Origin: a bacterium
GTDB lineage: Bacteria; UBA8248
Direction: 5' to 3'
NCBI GenBank assembly: GCA_965221165.1
Contig: CBDCRP010000003.1
Location: 1,184,001 to 1,248,000, forward strand
DNA: 64,000 nucleotides
Shown here: one piece after another, positions 25,836-37,056 of the stretch
Layout: the number at the start of each line of letters is the position of its first letter
How positions within the stretch are numbered: position 1 is the stretch's first letter
Program-made: the position numbers and the translations under genes
Notes under the pieces: model-generated
Seen by the model: the letters and a program-made list of their open reading frames with translations, nothing else
Database searches by the model: none
Told to the model about the DNA's origin: nothing

Positions 25836-28800
25836 CTAGCTCGGCGCCTCGCCGCTCTCTATCAACTCGACATCGAGAGCGAGGCTCTGAAGCTCCTTCA
25901 TCAACACGTTGAAGGACTCGGGCAGACTCGCTTCGAGCGAGTTCTCGCCTTTCACGATGGACTCATAAATCCGCGTGCGGCCGGAAACGTCGTCGCTCTT
26001 CACCGTCAGTATCTCCTGCAGCGTCTTGGCGGCGCCGTAGGCCTCGAGCGCCCACACCTCCATCTCACCGAGGCGCTGCCCGCCGAATTGCGCCTTGCCG
26101 CCCAGGGGCTGCTGCGTCACCAGAGAATAGGGCCCCGTCGAGCGCGCGTGAATCTTGTCGTCCACGAGGTGGTGGAGCTTGAGCATGTAGATCATGCCCA
26201 CCGTCACCTTCTGCTCGAAGGGCTGGCCGTTTTTGCCGTCATACAACTGGGTTTTCCCGTAAGGCGGCAACTGGGCCTCGTTCGTATAGCGAACGATGTC
26301 CTCTTCCGTCGCGCCGTCGAACACCGGCGTCGCGAAATGCTTGCCCAGAACCTTGGCGGCCCAGCCCAGGTTCGTCTCCAGTATCTGGCCGACGTTCATG
26401 CGGGAGGGCACGCCGAGGGGGTTCAGTACGATCTCGATGGGCGTACCGTCATCGAGATAGGGCATATCCTCCTCGGGAACGATGATGGACACGACGCCCT
26501 TGTTGCCGTGGCGGCCCGCCATCTTGTCCCCCACCTGGAGCTTGCGTTTCATCGCCACATAGACTTTCGCCATCTTGAGAACGCCTGGGGGAAGTTCGTC
26601 GCCGCGCTGCAGCTTGGCTATCTTTTCCTGCAAAATGCTGTCGAGCAATTCCACCTGCTCGTTCGTGTGATCGGACATGGCCGTGATCTGCTCGAGCAAC
26701 CCCTTCTCGACGGGCAGGCCCAGGAGGTAGATGCCGCTGAAGCCCGCGAGACCCTCCGCATCGAGTTCCTCCCCTTTGGCGAAGAAGTTCTCGCCCGTTC
26801 TGGGATGCACCACCTCGGCGAGGGCGCGCTGCCCAATCAGCAGAGAGCGGATTCTCGCATCGCCCTCTTCAAGCAGAATACGGATTTCATCGCCGTAATC
26901 TTTTTCCAGCCTGTTGATCTCCGCCTCCTCGATCTCGAGCATGCGGCTGTCCTTCGCCGCGCCGCGCCTCGAGAAGACGCGAACCTCCACGACCGTTCCC
27001 TCGATTCCCGGAGGCACCCGGAGCGAGGAGTCGCGAACGTCGCCCGCCTTCTCGCCGAAGATGGCCCGCAGCAGTTTCTCCTCGGGGCTGAGCTGCGTCT
27101 CTCCTTTCGGCGTGATGCGCCCGACGAGAACGTCTCCCGGGTTGACCCGCGCTCCCACGCGAACGATGCCGCTCTCATCGAGGTCGCGGAGGGCTTCTTC
27201 ACTCTGGTTCGGGATGTCGCGCGTAATCTCCTCGGGTCCCTGCTTCGTGTCGCGCGCCTCGATCTCGAACTCCTCGATGTGCAAGGAGGTGTAGATGTCT
27301 TCTTTCACCACCTTTTCGGAGATGACGATGGCGTCCTCGAAGTTGTAGCCGTTCCAGGGCATGAAGGCGACGAGCATGTTTCTGCCCAAAGCGAGTTCAC
27401 CCTGGTCGGTGGAGAACCCATCCGCGACGATATCGCCCTTCTTCACCTCCTGTCCCACATGAACGATGGGTTTTTGGTTGATGCACGTGTTCTGGTTCGA
27501 GCGGCGATACTTCACCAGGTTATGGATGTAGACGCCCTCTTCGGCCACGTTCCCGGCCTGCTCGGTCGCGCGAATCACGATTCTGGTCGCGTCCACGCTC
27601 GCCACCCGGCCGTCGCACTGCGCGATGACGACCGCGCCCGAATCCCTCGCCGCGATTCCCTCCATCCCGGTGCCGACGAAGGGCGCCTCGGGACGCAGAA
27701 GGGGAACCGCCTGACGCTGCATGTTCGAACCCATGAGCGCGCGGTTCGCGTCGTCATTCTCCAGGAAGGGAATCAAGGAGGTGGCCACGCTCACCAACTG
27801 CTTGGGGGAGACGTCCATGTAGTCCACCTGCTCGCGGGGAACCATGACGAACTCACCGCTCGTCCTCGCGGATACGAAATCGTTGACGAGGTTTCCCTTC
27901 TCGTCCACAGGCGCGTTCGCCTGGGCTATCTTGTACTTGTCCTCATCGATCGCCGAGAGCCATTCGACGGATTCGCCGACGCGCCCGCTCACCACCTTGC
28001 GGCAGGGCGTTTCGATGAATCCGTACTGATTCACGCGCGCATACGTGGAAAGGCTCGCTATCAACCCGATGTTCGGCCCCTCGGGCGTCTCGATCGGGCA
28101 TATGCGGCCATAGTGGGTGGCGTGAACGTCGCGCACCTCGAAACCCGCCCTGTCGCGCGTCAAACCTCCGGGGCCCAGGGCCGAGAGCCTGCGCTTGTGG
28201 GTAATCTCGGAGAGAGGATTCGTCTGGTCCATGAACTGGCTCAACTGGCTGGAGCCGAAAAATTCCTTCACCGCCGCCGTTATCATCTTGGAGTTGACCA
28301 AATCGCGCACCAGGAGATTCTCCATATCCTGGATGCTCAGTCGCTCGCGAATGGCGCGCTCCATGCGCACGAGGCCCACGCGGAACTGGCTTTCGAGCAA
28401 CTCGCCCACGGAGCGCACGCGCCGGTTGCCGAGATGGTCGATGTCGTCCACCGTGCCCTGGCCGTGGCGAAGCTCGATGATGTAGCGAACCGTGGCGATG
28501 ACGTCGTTGAGCGTCAAGGTTCTCTGGTCCAGCTGGAGGTTCAGGCCCAGCTTCGTGTTCAGCTTCAGCCGCCCGATGCGGGACAAATCATATCGCTTCG
28601 AATTGAAGAAGAGATTCTCGAAAAGGAGCCGCGCCGTTTCCTTCGTCGGCGGATCGCCCGGTCGCAGACGCTTGTAGATTTCCACGAGAGCGTCTTCGTT
28701 CGTTTCGCACTTATCCGTCGTCAGGGTGTCGCGAATGGTCCTGTCCGCGCCGACGCCGGAAACATAAAGAATCGCCAGCTTGGAGATTTTCTTGTCGCGC

Positions 28801-29882
28801 AGGGTGGCGAGCACCTCCGAGGTGATCTCGAGGTTCGTATCGAAGAGCACCTCGCCGGTTTCGGGATCGGGCAAAGGCTGGGCCAGAATGCCCCCGACGA
28901 CTTCCTCGTCCTTGAGTTCGAGGTTCTCGATGCCCGCGGCCTGAAGCTTCCTTAATGCGGCGCGTGTGAACTTCCGCCCGGAGCGCAGCACCAACTCGCC
29001 CGTCTCGGGAAGGACGATGTCCTCGAAAATCCTCTGGTTCACCATGAGTTCGGAGAGTTTCTTGTAGTAGATGTCCCTCTTCTCGTCGTAGAAGAGATCC
29101 TCGCTCTGGTAAAAGGAATTCAGAATATCGTCCTTATCCAGACCGAATGCGCGCAGTAGGATGGTGACGGGAAGCTTACGCCGCCTGTCGATTCGGACGA
29201 AGAGCAGGTCCTTGCTGTCGAACTCGAAATCCAGCCAGCTTCCCCGGTAGGGTATGAGCCTGGCCGTGAAGGCCGATTTGGCCGTGGGCTTCGCCTTGTC
29301 CGCGCTGAAGAAAGCGCCCGGCGAGCGGTGCATCTGGCTGACGACGACGCGCTCCGTGCCGTTGATGATGAAGGTGCCGTTCTCCGTCATGAGGGGAATT
29401 TCGCCCAGGTATACCTTTTGCTCCTTCACCTCGCGGACGCGGCGTTCCTTGGTTTGCTCATCCTGCTCATACACCGTGAGGCGCAGCATGACGCGCAGGG
29501 GCGCGACGTACGTCATACCCCTCTGGCGGCATTCATCGGCCTCGTGCTTTTGACGACAGAAGATCTCTGCTCCGTCATCGTCCTTCACTCCGGGGCCGCC
29601 CAGACCGGGATATTCATTCCCTTTCGATTCCCAGAGGCCTATCTCATAGCCCAGATATTCGAGCGTTACGTTCTCGGCCGAATCAGAGATGGGGAACACG
29701 CTGCGGAACACACCCTCCAGACCCTCGTCCGTCCGACGCTCGGAGGGGTTCGTGTCCCACTGGAGGAATCTCTCGTAAGAAGAAAGCTGGATGTCGATCA
29801 GATTCGGAATATCGATAACCGCAGGTATAGAGGCGAAATCCTCACGAACCCGCCGGCCGTTTTTGCCATTTTTTACATTCAT
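25836..29882 (-). CDS. rpoB: RNA polymerase beta subunit
   Basis: [33 protein letters not shown]. Confidence 0.99.
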   Translation of the reverse strand: MNVKNGKNGRRVREDFASIPAVIDIPNLIDIQLSSYERFLQWDTNPSERRTDEGLEGVFRSVFPISDSAENVTLEYLGYEIGLWESKGNEYPGLGGPGVKDDDGAEIFCRQKHEADECRQRGMTYVAPLRVMLRLTVYEQDEQTKERRVREVKEQKVYLGEIPLMTENGTFIINGTERVVVSQMHRSPGAFFSADKAKPTAKSAFTARLIPYRGSWLDFEFDSKDLLFVRIDRRRKLPVTILLRAFGLDKDDILNSFYQSEDLFYDEKRDIYYKKLSELMVNQRIFEDIVLPETGELVLRSGRKFTRAALRKLQAAGIENLELKDEEVVGGILAQPLPDPETGEVLFDTNLEITSEVLATLRDKKISKLAILYVSGVGADRTIRDTLTTDKCETNEDALVEIYKRLRPGDPPTKETARLLFENLFFNSKRYDLSRIGRLKLNTKLGLNLQLDQRTLTLNDVIATVRYIIELRHGQGTVDDIDHLGNRRVRSVGELLESQFRVGLVRMERAIRERLSIQDMENLLVRDLVNSKMITAAVKEFFGSSQLSQFMDQTNPLSEITHKRRLSALGPGGLTRDRAGFEVRDVHATHYGRICPIETPEGPNIGLIASLSTYARVNQYGFIETPCRKVVSGRVGESVEWLSAIDEDKYKIAQANAPVDEKGNLVNDFVSARTSGEFVMVPREQVDYMDVSPKQLVSVATSLIPFLENDDANRALMGSNMQRQAVPLLRPEAPFVGTGMEGIAARDSGAVVIAQCDGRVASVDATRIVIRATEQAGNVAEEGVYIHNLVKYRRSNQNTCINQKPIVHVGQEVKKGDIVADGFSTDQGELALGRNMLVAFMPWNGYNFEDAIVISEKVVKEDIYTSLHIEEFEIEARDTKQGPEEITRDIPNQSEEALRDLDESGIVRVGARVNPGDVLVGRITPKGETQLSPEEKLLRAIFGEKAGDVRDSSLRVPPGIEGTVVEVRVFSRRGAAKDSRMLEIEEAEINRLEKDYGDEIRILLEEGDARIRSLLIGQRALAEVVHPRTGENFFAKGEELDAEGLAGFSGIYLLGLPVEKGLLEQITAMSDHTNEQVELLDSILQEKIAKLQRGDELPPGVLKMAKVYVAMKRKLQVGDKMAGRHGNKGVVSIIVPEEDMPYLDDGTPIEIVLNPLGVPSRMNVGQILETNLGWAAKVLGKHFATPVFDGATEEDIVRYTNEAQLPPYGKTQLYDGKNGQPFEQKVTVGMIYMLKLHHLVDDKIHARSTGPYSLVTQQPLGGKAQFGGQRLGEMEVWALEAYGAAKTLQEILTVKSDDVSGRTRIYESIVKGENSLEASLPESFNVLMKELQSLALDVELIESGEAPS

Positions 29883-29976
29883 GTTGGCTCACCTCAAGAA
29901 AGTGGGGGCGATTCGAGTAAAGCACCCGGCCCCGCTCGAACAGCGAAAGCCGGGCTATCAGAATCCCGGGTGAGCC

Positions 29977-30360
29977 TTATGTGATTTCCACCTCCGCGCC
30001 GACCTCTTTGAGTTTATTGGCGGCGGCCTCGGCGTCTTCCTTGGGAATCGCCTCGACAACGGCTTGCGGGGCGCTTTCCACCAGGTCTTTCGCCTCCTTG
30101 AGGCCGAGACTGGTCAATTCGCGTACAGTTTTGATGACCTTGATTTTTTCCGAACCAAAAGATTTGAGAGTGACGGTGAATTCCGTTTTCTCCTCCGCCG
30201 CTTCGCCCGCGTCGCCGCCGGCCGCCATTCCCGCTCCCGCCATCATCATGGGTGCGGCTGCGGTCACGCCGAACTTGTCCTCGAGTTCCTTGACGAATTT
30301 GCTCAACTCCATCACCGTCATGTTTTCAATGAAATCGATTACTTCTTCTTTGGTCGCCAC
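29977..30360 (-). CDS. rplL: 50S ribosomal protein L7/L12
   Basis: [19 protein letters not shown]; GTG start at 30360. Confidence 0.98.
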   Translation of the reverse strand: MATKEEVIDFIENMTVMELSKFVKELEDKFGVTAAAPMMMAGAGMAAGGDAGEAAEEKTEFTVTLKSFGSEKIKVIKTVRELTSLGLKEAKDLVESAPQAVVEAIPKEDAEAAANKLKEVGAEVEIT

Positions 30361-30471
30361 AATTCCGCCCTTTCCTCGTATGCGCAATGAACCGTCGGCC
30401 AAGGCATGGCCATCTTATTTTGGAAAATTTGCCGTTTGCCCCCCTTCTTAGGGCAAACAATCATAGTACAC

Positions 30472-31032
30472 CTATTCTTTCTTCTTGGCAATCGCGTCAA
30501 CGACATTCACCAATTGAGTGATGACGCCATTCAAAACCCTCGGAAGACCCGCCACGGGCGCCTGTAAGGCGGCGAGCAGCATCGAGAGCAATACTTCGCG
30601 CGAGGGCAATTCCGCAAGCGCTTCCACCTCGGCGGTCTCGAGGAACCTGCCATCCAGAACACCGCCCTTGATCTCCCCGGCGGATTCTTGTTTCACGAAA
30701 TTTTTCAATATCTTGGCCGGAACCGAGGGATCGCCGTCGGTCGTCGCAATCGAAACCGGCCCGACGAGCCTGCCGCGCAATTCCTCGAAACTCGTGCCCT
30801 CTATAGCGCGCTCGGCGAGCGAATTCTTGATGACGGAGAGCCGAACGCCGCCATCGCGCGTTTGCCGCCTCAAGGCCGTCATCTGCGAGACGCTCAGACC
30901 ACGATAATCGAACAACACCAGGGAGGTGCTTTCGTTGAAGCGATCGTGCAGCACCTCGGTCGCCTCGACCTTGTCGGCGCGAGGCGCCTTGCCGGTCGCC
31001 AGCCTCCCCTTCTCCACAACGCCTGTCGCCAT
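30472..31032 (-). CDS. rplJ: 50S ribosomal protein L10
   Basis: DYRGLSVSQMTALRR, KNSLA, LAELPSREVLL. Confidence 0.97.
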   Translation of the reverse strand: MATGVVEKGRLATGKAPRADKVEATEVLHDRFNESTSLVLFDYRGLSVSQMTALRRQTRDGGVRLSVIKNSLAERAIEGTSFEELRGRLVGPVSIATTDGDPSVPAKILKNFVKQESAGEIKGGVLDGRFLETAEVEALAELPSREVLLSMLLAALQAPVAGLPRVLNGVITQLVNVVDAIAKKKE

Positions 31033-31043
31033 TTCTGGCCTCC

Positions 31044-31748
31044 TTATTTCAATGCCGCGAGAAGAGACTGGTGGTCGATCCGCACGCCCGGCCCCATCGT
31101 GCTGGAGATGGTGAGGCCCTTGAAGTACACCCCCTTGCTCGCCGCGGGCTTCGCGCGAACGAGTGCGTCCACGACCGCCGAGACGTTCTCGGAGAGCGCC
31201 TTTTCCTCAAAGCTCACCCTTCCCACCGGGGCGTGAATGATGCCCGCCTTATCCACGCGATATTCCACCTTGCCCGCCTTGATCTCCCGAACCATGCGGC
31301 CCACGTCGAAGGAGACGGTGCCGGATTTCGGGTTGGGCATCATGCCGCGCGGCCCGAGCAGTCGCCCGAGCTTGCCCACGACGCTCATGACGTCCGGCGT
31401 CGCCACCACGCGGTCGAATTCCATCCAGCCGCCCTGAATCTTCTCGGCCAAATCATCCGCACCCACGTATTCGGCGCCCGCCTCCTTGGCCTCGGCCACC
31501 TTCTCGCCCTTGGCGAACGCGACGACGCGCTCCTCTTTGCCGATGCCGTTGGGCAGAACGACGCTTCCCCGCACCATCTGCTCCGCATGGCGGGGGTCCA
31601 CGCCCAGCTTCGCGGTGATTTCGACGGTCTCGTCGAATTTGGCCGACGACACCTGCTTCACCAAACCCACGGCGCTAGAGAGTTCGTGGAGTTTTTCCCG
31701 CTCGATTCGCTCGCGGGCTTCTCGGTATTTCTTGCCGTGCCTGGGCAT
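31044..31748 (-). CDS. rplA: 50S ribosomal protein L1
   Basis: [21 protein letters not shown]. Confidence 0.99.
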   Translation of the reverse strand: MPRHGKKYREARERIEREKLHELSSAVGLVKQVSSAKFDETVEITAKLGVDPRHAEQMVRGSVVLPNGIGKEERVVAFAKGEKVAEAKEAGAEYVGADDLAEKIQGGWMEFDRVVATPDVMSVVGKLGRLLGPRGMMPNPKSGTVSFDVGRMVREIKAGKVEYRVDKAGIIHAPVGRVSFEEKALSENVSAVVDALVRAKPAASKGVYFKGLTISSTMGPGVRIDHQSLLAALK

Positions 31749-31766
31749 TTTTCAACCTCCTCCATC

Positions 31767-31802
31767 GTGGTTCGAACGGCGCCCGACCCGGACGCCTCCC
31801 AC
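31767..31802 (-). promoter_or_regulatory. Probable L1-binding autoregulatory mRNA element between rplK and rplA
   Basis: Minus strand GTGGGAGG...CCG..CGAACCAC immediately before the rplA SD, resembling the L1 site found ahead of rplA in many bacteria. Confidence 0.65.
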
Positions 31803-31819
31803 CTCGGTTCAATAAAAAA

Positions 31820-32245
31820 CTACCCGCTGACCTCGATCCCCATGCTCCGGGCCGTACCCTCGATGATCTTGACGGCCCCGTCGAGATCGGCGCTGTTCAA
31901 ATCCTCTTTCTTGATCTCCGCTATCTCCTCGAGCTGCTTGCGCGTCACGCTGCCCACGCCCTCGCGCCCGGGTTCGGAGGAGCCCTTGGCCAGGGCGGCG
32001 GCCTGCTTCAGCAGAGCGGAGGCGGGCGGACTCTTCATGATGAAGGTGAAGCTCTTGTCCGCATATACCGAGATCACGACCGGAATAATCGTTCCCTCCT
32101 TCCCCTGGGTCTGCGCGTTGAAGGCCTTGCAAAACTCCATGATGTTCACGCCCTGCTGGCCGAGCGCAGGCCCGACGGGCGGGGCGGGGTTCGCCTGGCC
32201 GGCCGGTATTTGAAGTTTGATGATGCCAACCGCTTCTCTCGCCAT
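31820..32245 (-). CDS. rplK: 50S ribosomal protein L11
   Basis: [23 protein letters not shown]. Confidence 0.99.
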   Translation of the reverse strand: MAREAVGIIKLQIPAGQANPAPPVGPALGQQGVNIMEFCKAFNAQTQGKEGTIIPVVISVYADKSFTFIMKSPPASALLKQAAALAKGSSEPGREGVGSVTRKQLEEIAEIKKEDLNSADLDGAVKIIEGTARSMGIEVSG

Positions 32246-32368
32246 TTTTCCCTCTCGGAGCAATCACGCCCTGAAATTTCGCCCGGACTTTCCTTCTCCC
32301 CGTCTACCCGGACGCCACAAGCCCCGCGCGCTGGCGCGGAGCTTCGTTTTCGACAAACCTTCTCCCGC

Positions 32369-32896
32369 TTACACCTTCTCCACCTGGAGCATCTCGAGTT
32401 CCACCGGCGTTGCGCGGCCGAAAATGCTGACCATCACCTTGAGCTTTCCTCTGTCGGGGTGAACCTCGTCAATCTCACCGGTGAAGTTCACGAAAGGCCC
32501 GTCTATCACCCGAATGTTCTCGCCCTTTTCGAAATCAATCTTGGGCTTGGGCTTCTCGGCCTCTCCACTCATCTGCTTGAGAATGTTTTCCATCTCGGCT
32601 TCGGAGAGAGGGCTCGGAGACGTTCCGCCCAGAAAACCCGTCACCTTCGGGGTATTCTTGACGACATACCAGGTGTCCTCGTCGCATTCCATGCGGATCA
32701 GGATGTAGCCGGGGAAGAATTTTCGCGAACTCGTGCGCCTTTTCCCGCCCTTCACCTTCACCACCTGCTCGGTGGGCACCACGATCTCGCCGAGCTTCTC
32801 CTCGTACGCCTCACCGCGAAACTGCTCTTCGATAGAGAGCTTCACCTTGTTTTCAAAACCCGAGTAGGTGTGCACCACATACCAATTCATGGACAT
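32369..32896 (-). CDS. nusG: Transcription factor NusG
   Basis: WYVVHTYSGFE, FFPGYIL, SIFGRATPVEL. Confidence 0.99.
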   Translation of the reverse strand: MSMNWYVVHTYSGFENKVKLSIEEQFRGEAYEEKLGEIVVPTEQVVKVKGGKRRTSSRKFFPGYILIRMECDEDTWYVVKNTPKVTGFLGGTSPSPLSEAEMENILKQMSGEAEKPKPKIDFEKGENIRVIDGPFVNFTGEIDEVHPDRGKLKVMVSIFGRATPVELEMLQVEKV

Positions 32897-32913
32897 GCCG
32901 AAATCCTGATTTA

Positions 32914-33129
32914 TTAGAAACCGAAATTGAGGAAATACCTGACGAATCGGGACAACGCCAAATCGACGAAACCCAAATATACCGCAATAATGAAGACGAA
33001 CACGAGAGCAACGGCGGTTTGAGCCGCCGTCTGGCGCATACCCAGCCACGTCACGCGCTTCGCTTCACTCTGCACGTCCCGAAGGAAGGAGCGCCCCTGA
33101 TGAATCCAGCCTACTACCTTATTGTTCAT
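32914..33129 (-). CDS. secE: Preprotein translocase SecE
   Basis: EAKRVTW motif plus one TM helix; upstream of nusG. Confidence 0.93.
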   Translation of the reverse strand: MNNKVVGWIHQGRSFLRDVQSEAKRVTWLGMRQTAAQTAVALVFVFIIAVYLGFVDLALSRFVRYFLNFGF

Positions 33130-33190
33130 CCACCCGCTCTCCGCAGCCGCTCCCGAATCTTCCCGGACCAGAGTCCGGCGCCCGGGTTCA

Positions 33191-33266
33191 TGGCAGGCCA
33201 GGAGGGACTCGAACCCCCAACCGCCGGATTTGGAGTCCGGTGCTCTACCAATTGAGCCACTGGCCT
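33191..33266 (-). tRNA. tRNA-Trp(CCA)
   Basis: Cloverleaf AGGCCAG...CTGGCCTGCCA; anticodon loop CT-CCA-AA. Confidence 0.97.
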
Positions 33267-33304
33267 CTGAAAACCTTCATTCTGAAAAGACTGCTCTACC
33301 CGCT

Positions 33305-34483
33305 TTATTCGACGACCTCCGTGACGACGCCGGCCCCCACCGTGCGGCCCCCCTCGCGTATCGCAAAGCGCAACTCGCGCTCCATCGCTATCGGCGTTAT
33401 CAACTCCACGTCCAGTGACACGTTATCCCCGGGCATCACCATCTCGCGGCCCTCGGGCAGCGTCACCAGTCCCGTCACGTCCGTCGTCCTAAAATAAAAC
33501 TGCGGCCTGTATCCATTGAAAAACGGCGTGTGCCTACCGCCCTCTTCTTTCGTCAGTATGTACACCTCGCCCCTGAACTTCAGGTGCGGCAGAATCGAGG
33601 CCGGCTGCGCCAGAACCTGCCCGCGCTCTATCTCGTCTTTCTTCACCCCGCGCAGCAATACCCCCACGTTATCCCCGGCCTGCCCCTGGTCCAGGAGTTT
33701 CCGGAACATCTCCACTCCCGTCGCCACCGTCTTCTGCGTGTCCGTGATGCCCACTATCTCCACCTCGTCGCCCACGTTCACGACCCCCCGCTCCACGCGG
33801 CCCGTCGCCACCGTCCCGCGACCCGAAATCGAGAACACGTCCTCCACGGGCATCAGGAACGGCTTGTCCACGTCCCGTACCGGCTCGGGGATATAACCGT
33901 CCACCGCTTCCATCAGAGCGTCTACCGAAGATGCGTCCGTGCCTTCCAGGGCTCTCAGCGCGGAACCCGGCACCACCGGAATGTCGTCGCCCGGGAACTC
34001 ATAGGTCGAGAGAAGCTCGCGGACTTCCAGTTCCACCAACTCCAAAAGCTCCTCGTCGTCCACCATGTCCACCTTGTTCAGATAAACACAGATGTAGGGA
34101 ACCCCCACCTGGCGCGCCAGCAAGATGTGCTCGCGCGTCTGCGGCATCGGCCCGTCCGCCGCCGACACCACCAGAATAGCACCATCCATCTGCGCAGCGC
34201 CCGTTATCATGTTCTTCACGTAGTCCGCATGGCCCGGACAGTCCACGTGCGCGTAGTGGCGGTTCTCCGTCTCGTACTCCACGTGCGCCGTCGCTATCGT
34301 GATGCCCCGCTCGCGCTCCTCGGGAGCCTTGTCGATCTCGTCAAAACCGATCTCCTCCGCCATCCCCTTCTGCGCCAGATGCTTCGTGATCGCAGCCGTC
34401 AACGTCGTCTTCCCATGGTCCACGTGTCCTATCGTCCCTACGTTCACGTGCGGCTTCGTGCGTTCAAACCTCGCCTTCGCCAT
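33305..34483 (-). CDS. tuf: Elongation factor Tu (tRNA-cluster copy)
   Basis: Near-identical to 17074-18252. Confidence 0.99.
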   Translation of the reverse strand: MAKARFERTKPHVNVGTIGHVDHGKTTLTAAITKHLAQKGMAEEIGFDEIDKAPEERERGITIATAHVEYETENRHYAHVDCPGHADYVKNMITGAAQMDGAILVVSAADGPMPQTREHILLARQVGVPYICVYLNKVDMVDDEELLELVELEVRELLSTYEFPGDDIPVVPGSALRALEGTDASSVDALMEAVDGYIPEPVRDVDKPFLMPVEDVFSISGRGTVATGRVERGVVNVGDEVEIVGITDTQKTVATGVEMFRKLLDQGQAGDNVGVLLRGVKKDEIERGQVLAQPASILPHLKFRGEVYILTKEEGGRHTPFFNGYRPQFYFRTTDVTGLVTLPEGREMVMPGDNVSLDVELITPIAMERELRFAIREGGRTVGAGVVTEVVE

Positions 34484-34712
34484 GGCTTACCTTCTCCTTC
34501 TGATTGAAATTCCAAAAATTATATCTTTCGGGGGAGAGGAACCACTTCCTCTCTTTCTTGTCGTTCCCGAAAAATGCGCCTTTATACCCGCTCGACCGAA
34601 ATCTTGTCCATAGCCAAAGGGGAAAATTGCGAACCCGAGAAATTCCAAGGCGTTTCGCACAATTTACAGGATAATGCACGAATCTCGAAATTTCAATGAA
34701 TTCCGCCTGCCC

Positions 34713-34788
34713 TGGAGCCCACGACCGGACTTGAACCGGTGACCTCTTCCTTACCAAGGAAGTGCTCTGCCGGCTGAGCTACGTGGGC
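34713..34788 (-). tRNA. tRNA-Thr(GGT)
   Basis: GCCCACG...CGTGGGCTCCA; anticodon GGT. Confidence 0.97.
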
Positions 34789-34969
34789 CGGCTGCGTCAC
34801 GGGCGTACGAATACCATTTGTTTCAGCCGGAGCAACCTCGGCGAACGATGAGCCCGGAGGTTCGTCTCGGGCGGATAATACAGCTTATTTCGGCAAGAGC
34901 AACCCCACGGAGCCGAAATCCACACGAATGAAATTCATATCAAGAAAAGGCAAAAGCCTCGAATCATCC

Positions 34970-35045
34970 TGGAGCGGGAAACGGGGCTCGAACCCGCGAC
35001 CCTCAGCTTGGAAGGCTGATGCTCTACCAACTGAGCTATTCCCGC
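34970..35045 (-). tRNA. tRNA-Gly(TCC)
   Basis: GCGGGAA...TTCCCGCTCCA; anticodon TCC. Confidence 0.97.
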
Positions 35046-35091
35046 CTCTGAGTCCAAAGCGCTTGTCTTCGTCGTCCGGGCGGTTATCTTT

Positions 35092-35176
35092 TGGTGGGGA
35101 GGGGAGGATTCGAACCTCCGAAGGCTGAGCCGTCAGATTTACAGTCTGATCCCTTTGGCCACTCGGGAACCTCCCC
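35092..35176 (-). tRNA. tRNA-Tyr(GTA)
   Basis: 85 nt with long variable arm; anticodon GTA; CCA end. Confidence 0.97.
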
Positions 35177-35335
35177 GAAAACCGCCGTTCACCAAAAACT
35201 ATTAAAAAAACCTTGCAGAAACCATCAATTCCCTGAACCCGCCATATCCACCGAACGCCGGACGGGGAAAACGGGAAACCCGGCGATCCTCCGGCCGGGT
35301 TCTCTCCAGCGAGGTTCGGGAGGCGCGTCCCGCCG

Positions 35336-35411
35336 TGGAGCTGGCGAGAGGACTCGAACCTCCGACCTGCTGATTACAAATCAGCTGCTCTACCAGCTGA
35401 GCTACGCCAGC
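35336..35411 (-). tRNA. tRNA-Thr(TGT)
   Basis: GCTGGCG...CGCCAGCTCCA; anticodon TGT. Confidence 0.97.
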
Positions 35412-35426
35412 CAACAAAGGCGGGTT

Positions 35427-35455
35427 AAACTAGGCCCCCCGACGCACCTTGTCAA
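35427..35455 (-). promoter_or_regulatory. Sigma70 promoter of the tRNA/tuf cluster
   Basis: Minus strand TTGACA-N17-TAGTTT, 15 bp upstream of tRNA-Thr(TGT). Confidence 0.75.
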
Positions 35456-35566
35456 CCCCCTTTATCACCTTTGCAGGGGCGAAAAGCAAGAAGCGCGCGC
35501 GTTGGGAGTTCGCCGCGAGAATTTCCTCCGCGACCGCCGGGGTTCGGCCCCGGGAACTCGAGGCGG

Positions 35567-36346
35567 TCAAGATGGAGAACCCTCCGCGCGAGCCGCTTCC
35601 TCGCCCCCCACGCGATTAGAACACACCCCGTGGAGCAGAATCGCCGCGGCGACAGAGGCGTTCAGGGAAGACACCACGCCCTCCTCGATGGGTATGCGCA
35701 CGCGCGCGTCGCAATTCTTGAGCACCAGCGGCCGCACGCCCCTGCCCTCCGCTCCGATAACCAGCCCGCAAGGCCAGGGTAGTTCATCGACGCCCAGCGT
35801 CTTCTCGCCGCGCGCGTCCGCAGCCAGGAGCCAGTAGCCCGCCTCCTTGAGCGTCGAGACGGCCCGAGCCAGATTCGTCACGCGCGCGAGCGGTACGACC
35901 TCCAGAGCGCCGGCGGCCGCCTTGGCCACGACGGGCGTGAGACCCACGGCGTTATCCTTGGGCCAGACGACGCCGCCCGCACCTAAGGCCGCCGCGCTCC
36001 TTAAGATGGCGCCGAAATTTCTCGGGTCCTGCACCCCGTCGAGCAGCAGAATGGGCGGGGCCGCCGCAGACTGGGCTTCTATGAGGTCAGAAAGTCCGAG
36101 AAGCGGCGTGGGCGAGACCTCCGCGAGGAGGTTCTGATGCTGCGCGGTGGCGGCTTTTTTCGTGAGTTGCTTAATATCCAGCTCCTCGACGGGGATGCTG
36201 CGCGATTCGGCGAGCAGGACCGCCTCGGCGGCCCTGCGGCCCCGGCGCCCACCGGCGACGAACAACCGCTTCACCCGCTCGGGTCCGCGCTCCAGGGCCG
36301 CCAGCACGCTGTGCGCGCCGCAGACGTACTCGGGCTGGGGCTTCAT
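35567..36346 (-). CDS. rlmB: 23S rRNA Gm2251 methyltransferase (SpoU family)
   Basis: LDGVQDPRNFGAILRSA, GAEGRG, SLNASVAA. Confidence 0.93.
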   Translation of the reverse strand: MKPQPEYVCGAHSVLAALERGPERVKRLFVAGGRRGRRAAEAVLLAESRSIPVEELDIKQLTKKAATAQHQNLLAEVSPTPLLGLSDLIEAQSAAAPPILLLDGVQDPRNFGAILRSAAALGAGGVVWPKDNAVGLTPVVAKAAAGALEVVPLARVTNLARAVSTLKEAGYWLLAADARGEKTLGVDELPWPCGLVIGAEGRGVRPLVLKNCDARVRIPIEEGVVSSLNASVAAAILLHGVCSNRVGGEEAARAEGSPS

Positions 36347-36423
36347 TTTTGAGAACTAATTGAGAAAGTTTGCAAAATGCTGATTACTCTCATCTCCCTA
36401 CCATACATTATCCGTTGATGGGC

Positions 36424-37047
36424 CTATTTTCTCTTCCTCATCTTATCGAAATCATCACTAAAATCCTTGCCCTGGATAACATCATAGATCAATTTGAGAC
36501 AATCCACTTTCAGCACCTCTATTTCATCTTTTTCGACAGGTTCGTCCGCATAGACCTCGGTGATCCACCAACAATCAATTTTGTCAATTAACTCTACGGT
36601 CTTCCAAAAACTTTCTGCCAAGTTTTGCATTAAGGGAATCGTTTCTTTGTCTAACAGAAGTTCGGGTAATTCATGCGCAATCTCATTCCGTGTGTCTCGT
36701 ATTTTGCGAATCGTCTCCTTGTCGGACTCGTTTATCACAGACATATCTTTCAACCACTCAATAGAGCCCAGCCATTGAGTACTCTCTCTATTTCTATTTG
36801 CTTTTTTCGGTGCCCTGCCAATCACCTCTTTTTCGTAGTAATCGCTATCTTTAGTGTCGCCGAAAGGAGCCTTCAAAGGTGACTCCACAGAATCGACCAA
36901 CATTTCGTGTGCAACGAGAAAAAGTCCCACCATGCTGAATTTCCGGCGCACAACATCAGGGTTAAATAAATGTTTTGCCTGCTCAATCACTTCGTCCGAA
37001 ATTTTAATTGTAGATTTCTCTCTCAAGGAATCATTCCTTATCAGCAA
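36424..37047 (-). CDS. AT-rich hypothetical protein with HEPN-like RxxxxH motif
   Basis: 207 aa, mostly helical-looking, IRDTRNEIAHE; markedly lower GC than flanks. Confidence 0.7.
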   Translation of the reverse strand: MLIRNDSLREKSTIKISDEVIEQAKHLFNPDVVRRKFSMVGLFLVAHEMLVDSVESPLKAPFGDTKDSDYYEKEVIGRAPKKANRNRESTQWLGSIEWLKDMSVINESDKETIRKIRDTRNEIAHELPELLLDKETIPLMQNLAESFWKTVELIDKIDCWWITEVYADEPVEKDEIEVLKVDCLKLIYDVIQGKDFSDDFDKMRKRK

Positions 37048-37056
37048 TTTTCTCGT

